A stretch of 64,000 bases of DNA from Eledone cirrhosa (GCA_964016885.1 OZ024740.1:412114001-412178000); one strand, 5' to 3'. Counted from the stretch's first letter, positions 28,458-45,005 are shown. The notes: a model not told the origin generated them from the sequence alone. Numbers and translations are program-made.

Positions 28458-30949
28458 ACAAGAAATTCTAAGATTATTATTGTTGCATTATTTAATTTTT
28501 TGATTAGTCTTCTTTGAAGTCAATTCATCTCAAAAATGCTTCAAGCATCTCTTCTATACAATCACCCTGCTGATAATGTAAAATCGTGAAGTAAAATATG
28601 TTGACTTTTAACGTTGCCGAATTATATAATATCATTAAGCATCTAGGTGAGAATTGTTTGTTTCAATATACTTTTTCTAGCAAGCCAAATGATAGCTAAT
28701 ACAAATCTTACGATCTGTTGTTTTACATATACACATAGTTTGAGATAAATATATTCTAATGCGTCCCACTGTTTTTTGCTTTTCTTTAACGAGTATATGT
28801 CGTACTAGATTGGGTATCCAATGTAATTCTAACTATGTTCAAATATTGATATCCTGTTTTGCATAAAACCAAACATATTTTTGAAGATATAGTCGATTAG
28901 CTCGATCATAATATTTCACTGGGATTATAGTTTTGTTGATCCCAGAATTTGCAGTGTAAAATTTGATTCTGTAGCTAAAACCAAATGATTAATCCTAAGA
29001 TTCCCCAGTGATGACCAGTATTCCTTTTCAACATTATGGTCACACACACACACGCGCGCACGAGCGCGCGCAAACACACACACACACACAAACAAACACA
29101 GACGCACACACACACACACACGCACACACAAGCACACAAACACTCAAGTCTGATCCATTAAACCCTAGAGACGATCAACCATGTGCTCATCTTTTCTCGA
29201 AAAATCATACACCAAAATTACTCTCATATCCTATTAGATGCTCATTTAAGATAATGAGCTGGGGCACATTGACTAATATATTACTAAAATATTACATAAT
29301 ATATCCAATGTGATACCTAAAAGACCTGCCATTAGTTTTCTGCTGTTTCAGATAATACTTATACTAGCAGAAAATCAACCAACCTTCAGGTGGTTTTCTG
29401 CTAGCATGTATAGTGTGCATATTGATATTATACGCAAGTATATATGCATGTAGATATGATAGACCAAATATAATTGTAATTGACAATATACACAGAAATT
29501 GATCGAAGACTGCGTTACATTCTCTTATACTCTTTCATGATACATTAAAAAAAAGCAAGATAAACTGCATTAGGAGAAAATTAGTGACGGAAATATATGA
29601 ATGTTTATTTAAGCGATCGCTAACCGGAAGTGTTGACATTTGAAAATGTTAAAGAAGTGAATTTTTAAATAAGCAATAAAATATATTTAATCAACAGCCA
29701 CGAAATTTAGTAGCTAAATTATGTAATATTCATTCATTATTTATTCAAAGTAATTCAACTTATTTTACTAACTGGATTAAAAGAAATAAACCGTACGTAG
29801 TCCCGCACTCCTTACTTTATTATAGTTTAGATTTTACAATATGTATTAAACACAACATTTCTATAGATTTTTAACGATTCTATGGAATTATCCGAATATT
29901 TGACGTCGTAACTCACATTCTTGGAGAAGCGGAAACACCGGTTCGTTAAGACTGATTAAATTAATATTTACTAATAAAGACATGGTTTTGTTGGATAAAA
30001 CTCTAGTATGATTTGCTTCTAAATTAGAAGCTACTTGAGACAGAATGTAAAGTATTTTCAAGATTGTAAATAGAATCACCATGATTAAAATATGTCATAA
30101 TACATTAGATTGCTTCAAAATTCCGGTATACATTTTCAGACAATATATTTTACAGCAACACCAAGCAGTATTTATGCATACGCATACTAATTGAAAGAAT
30201 AATAATTGACCTTGAAATGTGAGTATTACTAATATATACATTACTATATCTTAACAATATGTGTCGTTGCACATAACAAAGAACCTCATAACAGGAAAAC
30301 CCCAGTTCTAAACAGAAAGTTATGCCTCGCAATTCGAAAGGAAATGCAAAATCAAAAAGACGATGCTGAACAAATGAACATTGCATGAAAATATTATATG
30401 CGTTCTATTGGGCAGCTCATTATACAAAGTCACATGCAACATAACAAAGACATATAAGAAATGACGAAAGCAGAAGAACAGTATAAAGGAATATATTGCA
30501 GCAAACGTACAGATATTTGGTTTAAGAGATATGAAGACCCACAAAATTGACTTTTCAATTGTAGACATTGGAATTAAAACAAATCATCTCATCCCATTAT
30601 GTAATATGTTACAAACAAATGAAACAGCACAACAGAACCGGAATATTCTAAAATGAATTCGAGTCAAGAAGGAAAAGACGCAACACTGTAGTTATGGCAA
30701 CATATACAAAAAGTGAAAACCAAAACCAAAGTGAAAATACTAGAGATTTCCCAGAAATGATCTCACAATGTACTACAACAAACCAAAAATGCACAGTAAA
30801 AAAGAAAAACGAAAACCCCAATTACAGTGATGAAAATAAAATCCCATAACTAAATACAGTCACAGAAACATACCCACATATACACTCCGAACAACAACAA
30901 CATAAACATCCACACAAGAGATCAACTGAATAATTATTGCAGATACAAT

Positions 30950-31162
30950 AATGGTTTCTTATATAGGCACAAGGCCGGCAATTAGAGGGGAGGGAAAGTC
31001 GATTAAATCGACCCCAGTGCGTCACTGGTACTTTATTTTATCGAGCTCGTAAGGATGAAAGGCAAAGTTAACCTCGGCGGGATTTGAACTTAGATCATAA
31101 AGGGTCCTAACTCTATGCTGCAAAGCATGGCGTCCGACCCTCTCCCCATACTGCAAATCCAA
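30950..31162 (-). mobile_element. tRNA-derived SINE family A, near full length
   Basis: ggcacaaggcc...tcgaccccagtgcgtcactggtactt...ggatttgaact (B box, minus strand)...gcatggcgtccgac. Confidence 0.85.
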
Positions 31163-32296
31163 ATAATCAACTTGAATATCAACATAGTGAATTATATGAG
31201 GTAAACACTACAATGGTAGTTTGACTGAAGACTAGGATTGAACCTAAAGAAGATACACTTCCAATGTAATTCCGCCCACAATCTGGAGAAAGAAGCAATG
31301 AACTATTTCTAATATTGTGTAGGGGAGATAGAGAATTTCAAAAGGATAAAGGAGAAGAGGAACCAAATAATAACAAATATATTCAATAAGTAAAATTAAA
31401 AAAGAACATTCTGAAAGAATGTGAAATCCTCCACACAAATTATAGCTGCAAAAACAGGCTAAAGAATATTCAACAAAATCATAACACTATTAGATACACA
31501 AACAGCAAAAAAAATTCGGACATACTGGAAAGGATTGTGTCGGAAAGAGAATAGCAATAAGCTGGTGAGAAATAAAGTATGAAACAAAATAGCAGCTCAC
31601 ATATTACCCCCAATCCCCGAAAGTAAATCATTCACACATGGACAAACGGAAGCACTGGAAGGCATCAGCTACTGCAAAAGTCTCAACATTATTGCTGAAG
31701 CATCTGAGTGTGTACTGAGTAGAAAATCAGAATATCCGTCACCACATAACACCTTTACCCCACTCCCAACAACATTATATACTTATATCATGCATAGTAG
31801 CAACAGATAAAGCCGTCACATCAATACTATATCATCTGTTGATAGCACATTTGTAAAACAAGAAAATACTGCGAGAATTACAGAAAACAAGACAGAAAGC
31901 AATCCAAAGCTTCAAATGAGCAGCTACTGATGGATTGGACAAATTAGAAGGTAAAACTCGGAAAACTAACTTCTGCATAACCTGAGTTGACTACGGAAAG
32001 AATTTCACATCATGTCATATTTGTGGATATTGGTTTCACTTCACATAGACAAATGAGCCCCATCCGTAAATACATCAGCCATGTGATTAGAAAACAGAAG
32101 TCAAAACAATGAATTAAAATCAAAACCAGTTCTACTCTGATAGGAAAATATAGGCATTTCGATTGACCCCATTTTAACATTAACCCTTTCTATACGCGTT
32201 CTCTGAGGTAAATGTATTACTTTTTAGCAAGAAGGAACACTTTAATATATTTCTAATACCATGAATACTAAACATAATAGTGATTTAAAAATTATA

Positions 32297-32497
32297 ATGG
32301 ATTCTAGTTTAGGACAAAGGCCAACAATATGTGTGGGGGAAATCCATTATCACAACCTCAGTACATGACTGGCACTTTATTTTAGTGACATCGGAAGGAA
32401 AACTGCAAAGTTGATCCAGATGAAGTTTGGTCATAGAACGTAAAATATTGAACACAAATCATGTCCGAATACTAACCAAAGCTGCCAATCCACAACC
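32297..32497 (-). mobile_element. Degenerate SINE family A
   Basis: ggacaaaggccaaca...cagtacatgactggcactttatttt...ctgccaatccac. Confidence 0.6.
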
Positions 32498-32555
32498 CAT
32501 ATAATATAAGAATATTGATAAATGTTTCTAACCTAGGCACAAAGCAAGTATATTG

Positions 32556-32808
32556 TGTGTGCGTGACAGCTCACACCTATGCAGGTTTAGCTGGTCTCCT
32601 CCAAGGCATATCTCGTTGGAGGTTTCGTGGGTGGCTTAATGATAGGGACCACAGTCCCATCATTTCATTTCTACAGCTGAGTAAACTGGTGCAACGTGAA
32701 ATAAAGTGTCTTGCACAAGGAAACAACACATCACCCGGTCCGAGAATTGAACTGACCCCTTTCGATTGCAAGCCCAATGCTCTAAGCACTAAGCCATGCG
32801 CCTTCACG
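32556..32808 (-). mobile_element. tRNA-derived SINE family B inserted in a family A SINE (32520-32920), 9-bp TSD
   Basis: Minus-strand head gtgaaggcgcatggcttagtgcttagagc...agttcaattctcgg (A/B boxes). TSD agtatattg at 32547-32555 and 32809-32817. Confidence 0.8.
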
Positions 32809-34094
32809 AGTATATTGGGGGAAGGACAAAGTAGATTTCATCGACCCCAGCATGTTACTGGTACTATTTTAACAACCGCTGAATGACAAAAGCAAAGCTT
32901 AACCTACACGGAATTGAAATAAAAACTTAACTAAGTATTGCATTTCGTGTCATCCAATGCATCAATAAGTTAGAGACAGCAGAAATGGGAAAGGCAAAGA
33001 AAAACAACAAACAAGAAATAGTGGAGTTAGAGATCATATTATGTGTAAAATGTAATATCAACAAAATTATAATTGTATATTGAAACCAGTCAACAACACA
33101 GAATAATATTGACAATGAAAACAACAAAAAGCACGACAGAAAACAATCAGAATCTAAAAAATACAAGCGAGAGAGAAAGAAACTATAGAAAATGTTTGCA
33201 AAATAAAAAGCACACCTATTCACCATATCTTTGCAAATGCGATAGCCTCGATGTGACCTTGTGATTTTCACTATGCTGTTATATCCTAAAAAGCGAAAGA
33301 GCAAACGTGCCAATCCGACAAGATATTTGCTCGGGCGATATTTAACGGAAGATTGTTACTACATCATCAATGTGTGGCAGGTATTACCTCTTCCAGTACG
33401 ACTGCTAATAACATAACCGATATTGGTGATTATGGGATTTGTCTGTGCAGGTCATCTAGAATATTGTGAAGAAGAAAAAGATAAAAAGAAAAGAAAAACA
33501 ACAACAACAACAACAAAGATCACAACAATAACATCAACAACAATAAAAACAAAAATAAAAACATCAACTAGAGTAATTTGCTCGGAATTGCATATGGTGC
33601 TTATGATTTGTGTAATAGATTGCTAAATGCAAATATTCATATATAAATAACAGCAAAGCAATTGCATTTTTTTTTTTCATGATTAAGTAACAGAGGTTAT
33701 AGAGGACCTCTTTTAATATCCAGAATGGAATTGATACAACATAGAAACGGACAGAAAAGCTGAACTTCTCATTATCGGATATGTTTGAACGATTTGTGTT
33801 AAGTAAACAATAAAATGTAATGAATCAGATTATCTGTAAAAAAGAAGGTGTATTTCAGTTTCAACACACGATCAGTAGATATTTAGATTTTCTTCTAACA
33901 TCTGTCTGATAAAGTACCCACTGTTATATGTAAACAGAAATATACATGAACACACACATATATAAATGTAATCTGAGTTTTTCGAATATTAATACCAACA
34001 TTCGCTTCGTTTGCAATTATGCAAACACACCTAATTTTTAAAGACATGTCAGTAGATGAAGCCTTCAGTCTTGCTCTTGTGTTTGCATGTAAAC

Positions 34095-34159
<65 letters not shown>

Positions 34160-34264
34160 GAAGGATTCGGGACATCGATGGCTGAACTCCTGCCGTTTAA
34201 ACAGCTACTTCCGAAATAGCTGTTGAAATGGTAGGAGCTCAGCCGTCGGGGTCCCCAATCCTTC
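34160..34264. repeat. ~105-nt imperfect hairpin after (TA)n; related to 34705-34876, 43909-44033 and 48645-48765
   Basis: Shared gagctc(a/t)gccgtcggggtc and agtat(c/t)gagtactctggt. GAAA-TGG-TA-GGAG follows the central stem. Confidence 0.75.
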
Positions 34265-34645
34265 TAATTACAACATCCCAAGTATCGAGTACTCTGGTCA
34301 GTAATGGTCTAACAGGGTTTTACTGCATCCATTCTGAATTTTGATTCACATCTCCCGTAGCCTTACTAAAATTGATAATTGGTGATCGAAGATCAGGGCT
34401 TAGATCGATTTTTGTTATGGTTTAGGAATATTTGGAATGGTAACATCAGGAAAGAACAACGTTTCCACCTTGAAGTACGTATGTTTGCTTTAATATCATG
34501 TGCTTTATATATGCATACATTACTGTATTTCTCTAAAGATATTATATGGCTTGTTCTCTCTCTCCCTATATATATATACATATGACTTGTAATATGAACT
34601 ACACACACACACATACATACATACATACATACATACATACATACA

Positions 34646-34704
<59 letters not shown>

Positions 34705-34706
<2 letters not shown>

Positions 34707-34876
34707 CGAAGGAGTTGTGGTAAGGAACCAGAGTACTCAATACTAAGGGTAGTAGAGTGGGTAATAGGAAAAAGTATGACCCCGACGGCAGAGCTCAAGC
34801 GGTTTCGACGGCTTTTCCTGTCTAGTCCAGAAATAGCCGGCGTGAGCTCTGCCATCGGGGTCATACTTTTTCCTAT
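34705..34876. mobile_element. Hairpin-type repeat (inverted arms 34764-34876) between (TA)n tracts
   Basis: ataggaaaaagtatgaccccgacggcagagctca ... tgagctctgccatcggggtcatactttttcctat. Confidence 0.8.
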
Positions 34877-35105
34877 ATATATATATATATATATTAATTA
34901 TTAAAATAACAGATTAAAGTTTAAGCAATATATATCAATATATATATATATTTATTAAAATAACAGATAAAAGTTTAAGCAAAGAATCGCTGCTTTCACT
35001 CTTAACGGGATCTTCTGAAACTAACAAAGTCAAACGCAGAACTGGATATTTCAAAAAACGTTGCAACCGGAGGAAGACAGGAAGACGATACTTTGGTTCT
35101 TGGTA

Positions 35106-35378
35106 ATGTTCGCTAGCTAAGAACGGGAAAAAACGAATATAAACGTCATTAATAGGAGCGGTGAAAAACAATTACGCGCAAAGACAGAACCACGTTTATG
35201 GTATAATAGTGGTCGTAGACTAATGTTCTCTTAGGTGGTGCATAGAGACGTTCTCTGGCGATGAACGAAAAAAACGAAGATAATACGTCATATGTGGAGC
35301 GTAGAGAACAATAGCACGCAAAGACAAAACCACGTAAATGGTATAGCAGAAGTCGGAGACTAAATTCTAACTAGGAGA
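35106..35378 (+). repeat. Diverged tandem duplication, period ~142 bp
   Basis: gaacg..aaaaaacgaa..acgtcat..ggagcg..cgcaaagaca.aaccacgt..gtcg.agactaa occurs twice. Confidence 0.75.
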
Positions 35379-35737
35379 TTCATTCGGTCTCCTTAATGAG
35401 TGGAACAACAACAACACCCAAACAAACAACACTGACCTAAGAGAAGTATAAATAAGTAAATAAAATAAAATAAAATAAAATAAGATAAATAAATACATAC
35501 ACAAGCACAATAACAACAAGCACATAAACACACACTAGTCACCCAGCAGACACAACACTATACACACTAGTCACACATCACACATAACACTATACACACA
35601 CGCAAACGCATGCGCAAAGAAGACAAAATAAAATAAGATAAACAAACAAGCAAATAAATAAATAAATATATAGACAGACTGAATAAAAAATGGCGTAGAC
35701 ATACAACACAACAGGAGGAACAAAGAATATAACACCA

Positions 35738-35765
35738 CTGACGATGTTGCAGATGTGCAACGAAA
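35738..35765 (+). ncRNA. Hammerhead-like core
   Basis: CTGACGA-T-GTTGCA-gatg-TGCAAC-GAAA. Upstream flank is similar to 1267-1317. Confidence 0.6.
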
Positions 35766-36041
35766 GATTTATGTAAATTATGTAAACTATATATATGTGT
35801 TTGTGTCTATATTGTATCTGTATTTTTTTTTACCGTCGGTCAGTCAATGGCAACATTGAGGACCGAGTAAGTTAGATCGCAGATATAAAAGACAGCGAGA
35901 AGCGCAAACCAACCAAACAGTGAGTGTGTTCTGTTATTAATTCTGGCAATATTACGCAAATATGACCCTCCCCAAGTATAACAATATCTGTTTCGACACA
36001 CGATTTCATATAAAAAACCTCGCTAAACTAATTCATCGCCG

Positions 36042-36146
<105 letters not shown>

Positions 36147-36856
36147 TATAGATATTATCATAGTATAATAGGTTGTGAGTAAAATATGAAAATACTATTG
36201 TAAAAGGATTTAAGTAGAAATATGATAACATTTATGCTAGTGATGTCAAACTGGCATTTATGAGTTTGGAAGTCTAAGATAATTTGTTTTTACTAATTGT
36301 TGCTCGCAGATAAATATGGTGCGTCGTGTTTCCTTCGTTTCTCCGTATTAGTTTTACATACTTCCGTTTGAAAATATTCTTATCTTCGTTTTCGTGCTGA
36401 TTAGAAAATGCAATCATAAATGACTTATATGGTTTTTAAAACATCAGCATATATTTGCATCTACATACTTTACGCAAATCACATTATTATTGTGACTATT
36501 TATAGCTATTTAAAATACATGTTTATGTGCGTTTCTGCGTATTTGTTAGTAGACGTGTGTTGGTGTGTTTGCGTAGATATCAGACGATGTTAAATATAAC
36601 AATTATAATGAAACACAAAATAAAAGGTAGAAAGATATACTCCAAGCTTATATAATTATACATGTGCACACAAATAGATGTTCATGAACAACTCTCACAG
36701 TTACACAGACATGCATACGTATTAAGATGATTGAAATTATGATGATGGTGACGATGATGATATGTGCGAATATAGAAATAATATCACGATGTGTTTAATC
36801 AATTTTAGTAACATCAAAAACAATAAATATATACATACATACGAATATATATATAT

Positions 36857-37072
<216 letters not shown>

Positions 37073-38179
37073 GCATGACAGGGTAAGTGTGCCTCTGCAC
37101 CCATATGTATATGTTCGTTATAAAAGCAGGAAAATACTCAGTAATTTTTATATGGTGTAAATTGTAAATATTTATTCCGCTGATGTCTTCTAACGTTGTT
37201 TTAGGTTAGAAAAATGATCGATTACGCGGTCAATCTAGACTAGAAAGTGTAGGATGGTTCATTGGTTGAAGCAGTCTATGTTAATCACACATTAATGGTG
37301 ATAATTCCAAGTGTAATTTAATTTTTGAGGTTAATATTAGACCTATTGATTGAATTCAATATCGTAGGTCTCTTGACAGACTATGTGATACAACAACGAT
37401 CTAAGAGCATACTTTTTTTGTAAAGTGAGCATTCTGGCTGCACTTGACATTTAAGAAAATTCAGTATTCAATACGAAGACAACGTTTTAAAATGTATTTG
37501 AAGACTGAACCTTTCAATGTTTGAAATTGTAATTCTTTGCTGGATTGTGTTTTTCTAACGACTATATTTCCCTGGGGGAGCCCTGGCCGTTCTATGTCTT
37601 TGGCTCTGCAACGATAATCCATCTGAAGTTGGGGTTTCGTTTTCCTTTAACAATTTAAACCCTAATATATTTCGAACTATTTATGACCTTATACACACTT
37701 CTAAACTGAAACTATTAGATGTTTTGTGTGCGAGTAGATTTCAATGTAGATTTTCTTTTTGTCCCGTTATACACTTTTAATGTACGAATTGCAAAATCTA
37801 CGCCAGCATTTAATCTTCCCAACCATACAAATTCTTCATTCAAGTGGATCTTTGTTATGGCTCTGCAATTGATTTCGTACACGATTGTTAATATCGTGCG
37901 TTTTGTTTAATGACTATATTTAGATATTACTAATCCTATGTTACCTCCACGAATTTAGCGTGTATTAATAGAAATCTTTTAAAGGTGTTTGAGGCAACTG
38001 TGTGAGGAATTTGCGTTACATAGAGATTAGCATCAACACAGTTTTGTGTGTGTTATTGACGCATTTATGAGGGGGGAGATTTAAACCAGATAACCGAGAT
38101 ATGTGTGTATATATTATACAGGTTGGAGCAGTATTTGTTATAGATTCTGTATTTATATAGATAGGACTTTATTGTATAT

Positions 38180-38260
<81 letters not shown>

Positions 38261-38267
<7 letters not shown>

Positions 38268-38657
38268 AAAAAGGAAAAGAAAATGCTGACAAACGTTCCC
38301 AGTGAAAAATAGTTTAATTAGGAAGAAGTATAAATTAGTAATAAGTATTGGTTAGTATTCAGTTTTAGTTTTAAGTTTTTTACCGGTTGCGCATTTCTAA
38401 TGCTTTTCAAAAATAAATTTTGGATAGAGCGCTCGTGATGTTTGCTCTAATCTGAGCAAAGAAATTAGAGCAAACATCTCGAGCGCTCTATTTCAAAATT
38501 ATTTTTGAAAAGCATTAGAAATGCGCAAACTGTAAATACTTAAAACTAAAACTGAATACTAACCAATACTTATTACTAATTTATACTTATTCCTAATTAA
38601 ACTATTTTTCACTGGGAACAATTTGTCACCATTTTCTTTTCCTTTTTACAAATATAT
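38261..38657. repeat. Palindrome with ~190-bp arms and ~11-bp spacer next to (TA)n; degenerate U3-A8 hammerhead in arms
   Basis: Minus strand 38376-38413: TTT-TTGAAAA-GCATT-aga-AATGC-GCAA-CCGG-TA-AAAAA. Confidence 0.88.
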
Positions 38658-38743
38658 CACAACTCGTGTGTCACACCTCTATTTTTTTTAAATATAATTA
38701 TACATATATACATATACATATATATATATATACATACATATAC

Positions 38744-38816
<73 letters not shown>

Positions 38817-38996
38817 TGTTTTTGTGTATAATGGTAGCTATGATGCTTCCATAGGCGGTATGCCAGTTAAGCACTCTATGTTCTTACAGAGCAGAGTGTG
38901 ATATAATATAAAACGAAAAATCAGTGATGCATCTGGACTCAGTTTATTGTGTGTTACAATTGTTTCGCCAGCAGATAGCTCGAGTCAGGATCATTG

Positions 38997-39057
<61 letters not shown>

Positions 39058-40149
39058 ATATACATATATATACATATATATAAATATTTGAAAAAATGAA
39101 AATAATGACTTCCCTTGTATCATAATATTATAACATTAAATCAACATTTTTTAACACTACAACTGAAGTCATTATTTTCCTTTTTTTCAAATATACCTTA
39201 CTGTACCAAGGATCTCACACATTTTCCAATATATATCTATATGTATATGTGTGTGTATGTGTGTGTATGTGTGTATATATACATATTTAATATGTAAGCA
39301 AATAAATATGCTAGAAAATATGAAATTCCCTGTAAATTGAAAAAAAGAAAAAATGAAATACACATTTAATCGATGTTCGGACCTTTTTAGGCCCTGATCA
39401 CACAGAGTGTATATCATCAAATGAAGCACACGGAAACCTCTATTTGTTGGGCTTATCTACCCATTCGCTCTTAGTATTATTCAGAAAGAGACTTACTAAT
39501 TTTCATGTAATTAGCACTCGACAGATATATATTAAGCCTCGAAAATCTACTTAAGTTTTTATCATAGATTTCATTTACAGGTAACTTCGTATTTTAAGGC
39601 AATGTTTACATGCCTCCATATTAAATATGTGTATTATATGTATTAAAAATGTGTATATTTACATACACATTCGTGCAGTCTCGATTATACCACCTGTATG
39701 TATACAGATATAATTTCATCGTAAATTCCACACGTTAGCACAATTGTTAATATGTATGTTAATTCATTCGCAATTTGAGTTCTAATAATATGCAAATTAC
39801 TACCTCCATTTGAGAATAAAACTAAGAGCGAATGGGTAGATAAGTCCATCAAACAGACGCGTTTTCGCGAAGGCCCTATTAGTTCCAAAAATCTATTCAG
39901 TGTGTTCACAATTTTTTCAGTTTAGGAGGAAATTCTCATCTTTCGGCACGTCTACATGCTTAATATAAAAATAATTGTTTCTACTGTTGGCACAAGGCCA
40001 GCAAATACCCAGTGCATTACTGGTACTTAATATTAAACATGAATATAATAAACATGAAAAATATTAAACATGAAAATAATAATAATTGTACAGTTTTGGA
40101 TATACAACATGAATTTGTACGGATATTATCATATATATATATATATATA

Positions 40150-41121
<972 letters not shown>

Positions 41122-41179
41122 GAATTTTTTAATATAGGGAACTTGTTCTTTGTTTTTATTCATTGTTTTTATGAATTTA

Positions 41180-41443
<264 letters not shown>

Positions 41444-42234
41444 AGGCAAGCATGTAAGTGTGTATGATTGTTTGATGTATGCATGTATGTATGTATGTAT
41501 GTATGTATTAAACCACTGGGAGTGAAGGACCCCTAGCTTTTGTCAGGGCATTCTTCTAAAAGGCAACTCAGGAAACTGGGATGACTCCGATATAAAACCT
41601 GCGGCTCAGTAGTTACCGATGATGTTGATCTTTTCTTCTATTCGGGTTATAGCTACTGTCGCTCAGAGAGTGGGATTGATTCACTGCACATTCTTTCCTA
41701 ACTTTAAAAAATATCTTCACGCACAGGCATTGCACGATAGAATTAATTAATAATTATTAATACTGGTATATCATGCAATGACCATACTTGATAACGAGGG
41801 GGCAGCCATCATCATGTATGTATGTATGTATGTATGTATGTATGCATGGGAGTTTGTGTGTGTAAGTATGTTTAGAGGTAGATACGTATTATGCATGCAT
41901 GTATATATGTATGTAGGTAGGTATGTCTGCCTGTAATGTATATATATAAACAGTAGAAACTCGGCTAAAGTACACCCGTAGACGGAAAGCAGAGGCGGTT
42001 CCCACTATTCCTGTGTACAGAGGTAAATAAGCCATGTCTCTAGATCATTGTTTATAGTAATCGACGACGGTTTCACCTATTTTCTGCGTTTGGGATTCGT
42101 ACATCAACGATTTTTAAACCTAACCAGATTTACACAATGGTTTATATATATATGCGTGTGTGTGTGTGTGAGTGTGTGTGTCTGTGTGTGTGTGAGTGTT
42201 TGTGTGTGTGGTGTGTGTATGCGTGGGGTGAGGT

Positions 42235-42304
<70 letters not shown>

Positions 42305-42695
42305 TTCATTGTAAAATGAAATGTCGTAGTATTTTATAAATAGATATCTTTTATAATTTAAATTGTATATATGATACAATTAATATGAAATGAGGTTTGG
42401 GATGTCTTGTGATTCTATTTTAATGTGCCCAGACAACTTGTTGAGTAATCGTAAAAGAAACAGTGATAATTACTTCAAATTAAAGAGAGATAAAAGTAAG
42501 AGTAACATTTCAACAAATTGTTTGATAGAAGACATATAACCAATTTAATGCAGAGTATAGCTAAATATCAGAATCAAGAGAAATATCTGAAACTTAGGTT
42601 ACGTATGAAAGTTTTTAAACTTGGTCATGAAATTCAAAGTGAAAAGAACTAGAATAGGAAGAAGACATTGTTTCAGGGCCTTGTATATCTATATA

Positions 42696-43120
42696 CTGGG
42701 TGTCCCCAAAAAATGTATGTACACGTTGATTACCTGTAAAGGCAATATTTATCACAATGCACAGCCTTTCCCCAAAATAATTGTTTCTACTTTTGGCACA
42801 AGGCCAGCAAATTACTCAGTACATTACTGGTACTTTATTTTATCGACCTCGTAACGATGAAAGGCAAAGTTAACCTCGGCGCGATTTGAACTCAAAATGG
42901 CAAGGGCCGTAACTCTATGCGTCAAAGCATGGCGTCCGACCCTCTACCAATCCTGCCAGTTCACCGCCCTTTCCCCCAAATAATATGATCTACAAACATA
43001 ATTCAATTGTATGTAACACCCAGAAATGAGTTTGATGATTTAAATAATGCATTTAAAACATAATTTATTTTATGCATTTTTTAAAGATTTTGTTTTGTAT
43101 ACATTTTTGGGGACACTCTG
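42696..43120. mobile_element. Tc1/mariner-type MITE with TA TSD, interrupted by a SINE
   Basis: TIRs ctgggtgtccccaaaaaatgtat / atacatttttggggacactctg, with TA on both sides. Confidence 0.75.
42780..42967 (-). mobile_element. Full-length SINE family A with 17-bp TSD
   Basis: TSD cctttcccc(a/c)aaataat at 42765-42781 and 42968-42984. Minus-strand ggcggtgaactggcagga...gagttcaaatc. Confidence 0.88.
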
Positions 43121-43232
43121 TATATATATATATAAGTGTGTGTGGGTTTGTGTGTGTGAGTGTGTGTGTGGTGTGTGTATGTGTGTGTGGTGTGTGTATG
43201 TGTGAGTGTGTGTAGTAAACGTATGTAGATGT

Positions 43233-43275
<43 letters not shown>

Positions 43276-43458
43276 CTGGGAAGGTGTTAATGTGTCTGTT
43301 TGTGTGTATAAGTGGATGGGAAAAATTAGATCTGTTCAAGCGTGTATTGGAGGTTTCATATTATAATTAAATATATCTTGATAAATGAAATTTTTATCTA
43401 AGATTTATAAAAATATATAGAGTATTCAAAATTGAATTATCTAAGATTATATGTATTT

Positions 43459-43567
<109 letters not shown>

Positions 43568-43849
43568 TATGCGTTTTCATATGATACTTGTTATTAATAT
43601 TATCATCTCAACTGTTCGCCAAAACTAATGACTTTTCATAATCTTGAATAACTGTTATTTTTGATGAAATTATTTTTACGGGTTAGTCGGTATGAATAAG
43701 AAATGATATATAGATTCTATTTACATCGTATCTTTAGAGAGTTATTACAAATACATGTGCTTGTAGGTGTATATAGAGGTAGATTTATATATGTTTACAT
43801 GTAGGTACACATAATCAAACACACATAAACACACACGCGCACAAAGACC

Positions 43850-43886
<37 letters not shown>

Positions 43887-44032
43887 TTATATATATATAT
43901 ATATATATATAGGAAAAAGTATGACCCAGACGGCAGAGCTCAAGCCCTTTCGTCGTCTATTTCTGCTGTCGGGGTCATACTATTTCCTATTTGCCACTCT
44001 ACTACCCTAAGTATTGAGTACTCTGGTGCGTT

Positions 44033-44080
<48 letters not shown>

Positions 44081-44160
44081 CCAGAAATAATAATTATATA
44101 CATACACACGCACACGCTCTCATATGTATATATGAGTGTGTGTGCATGTGTATGGATATA

Positions 44161-44224
<64 letters not shown>

Positions 44225-44235
44225 CATTACACACG

Positions 44236-44275
<40 letters not shown>

Positions 44276-44303
44276 CATTACACACGCACACACACACACA
44301 CAC

Positions 44304-44386
<83 letters not shown>

Positions 44387-44971
44387 TTATATATACATAC
44401 ATAAACACACACACACGCACATACATTTATATTTAAGTGAGTGTGTATACTAAGAGAGAGAAAGAGAGAGTAAATAATTCTTACCGATTTCTCAAGAAAT
44501 GTTTATCGAATACAGATACATACATAAGAAAAGCGATATGTTTAAAGGATTGAAAGACAAATTGAGAACGTGGAATTCATAATTACTACTGGAGTGTTTT
44601 TACTTAGTCGAAGCACAGCCACACACATATACACATACACCCACAGATACACAGATACACACACGCTTAAAACACTATCTAAATCCATTTCTCAATCTTT
44701 ATCTTTCTCTCACTCCTCTAAACACCCCCCCCCCCAGCTCTCTCGCTCTGTCCACTACACTAGCTTTCTCTTTCTATCTGGCTCCCTTTCCTACACACAC
44801 ATATATGAATGTAAACATGACGACAGATTGTCACGCATGCACAAAAGCAAAAAAAAATAATAAACACATGAGGATACATACATACATATGGCACACATAC
44901 ATACATACAGAAATACATTCATTTATAACTACACAGGTACATACACAGATAAATATACATATACATATGCT

Positions 44972-45005
<34 letters not shown>

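Noticed and set aside
29363-29404. Small hairpin ctagcagaaaatca/tggttttctgctag
   Set aside because: Isolated 14-bp stem with no family or ribozyme core.
42055-42118. Minus-strand UUGAUGU...GAAACCGUCGUC, and CAGAAGA...GAAAGC at ~34985-35020
   Set aside because: Core mismatches and poor helix II; cannot be distinguished from chance.
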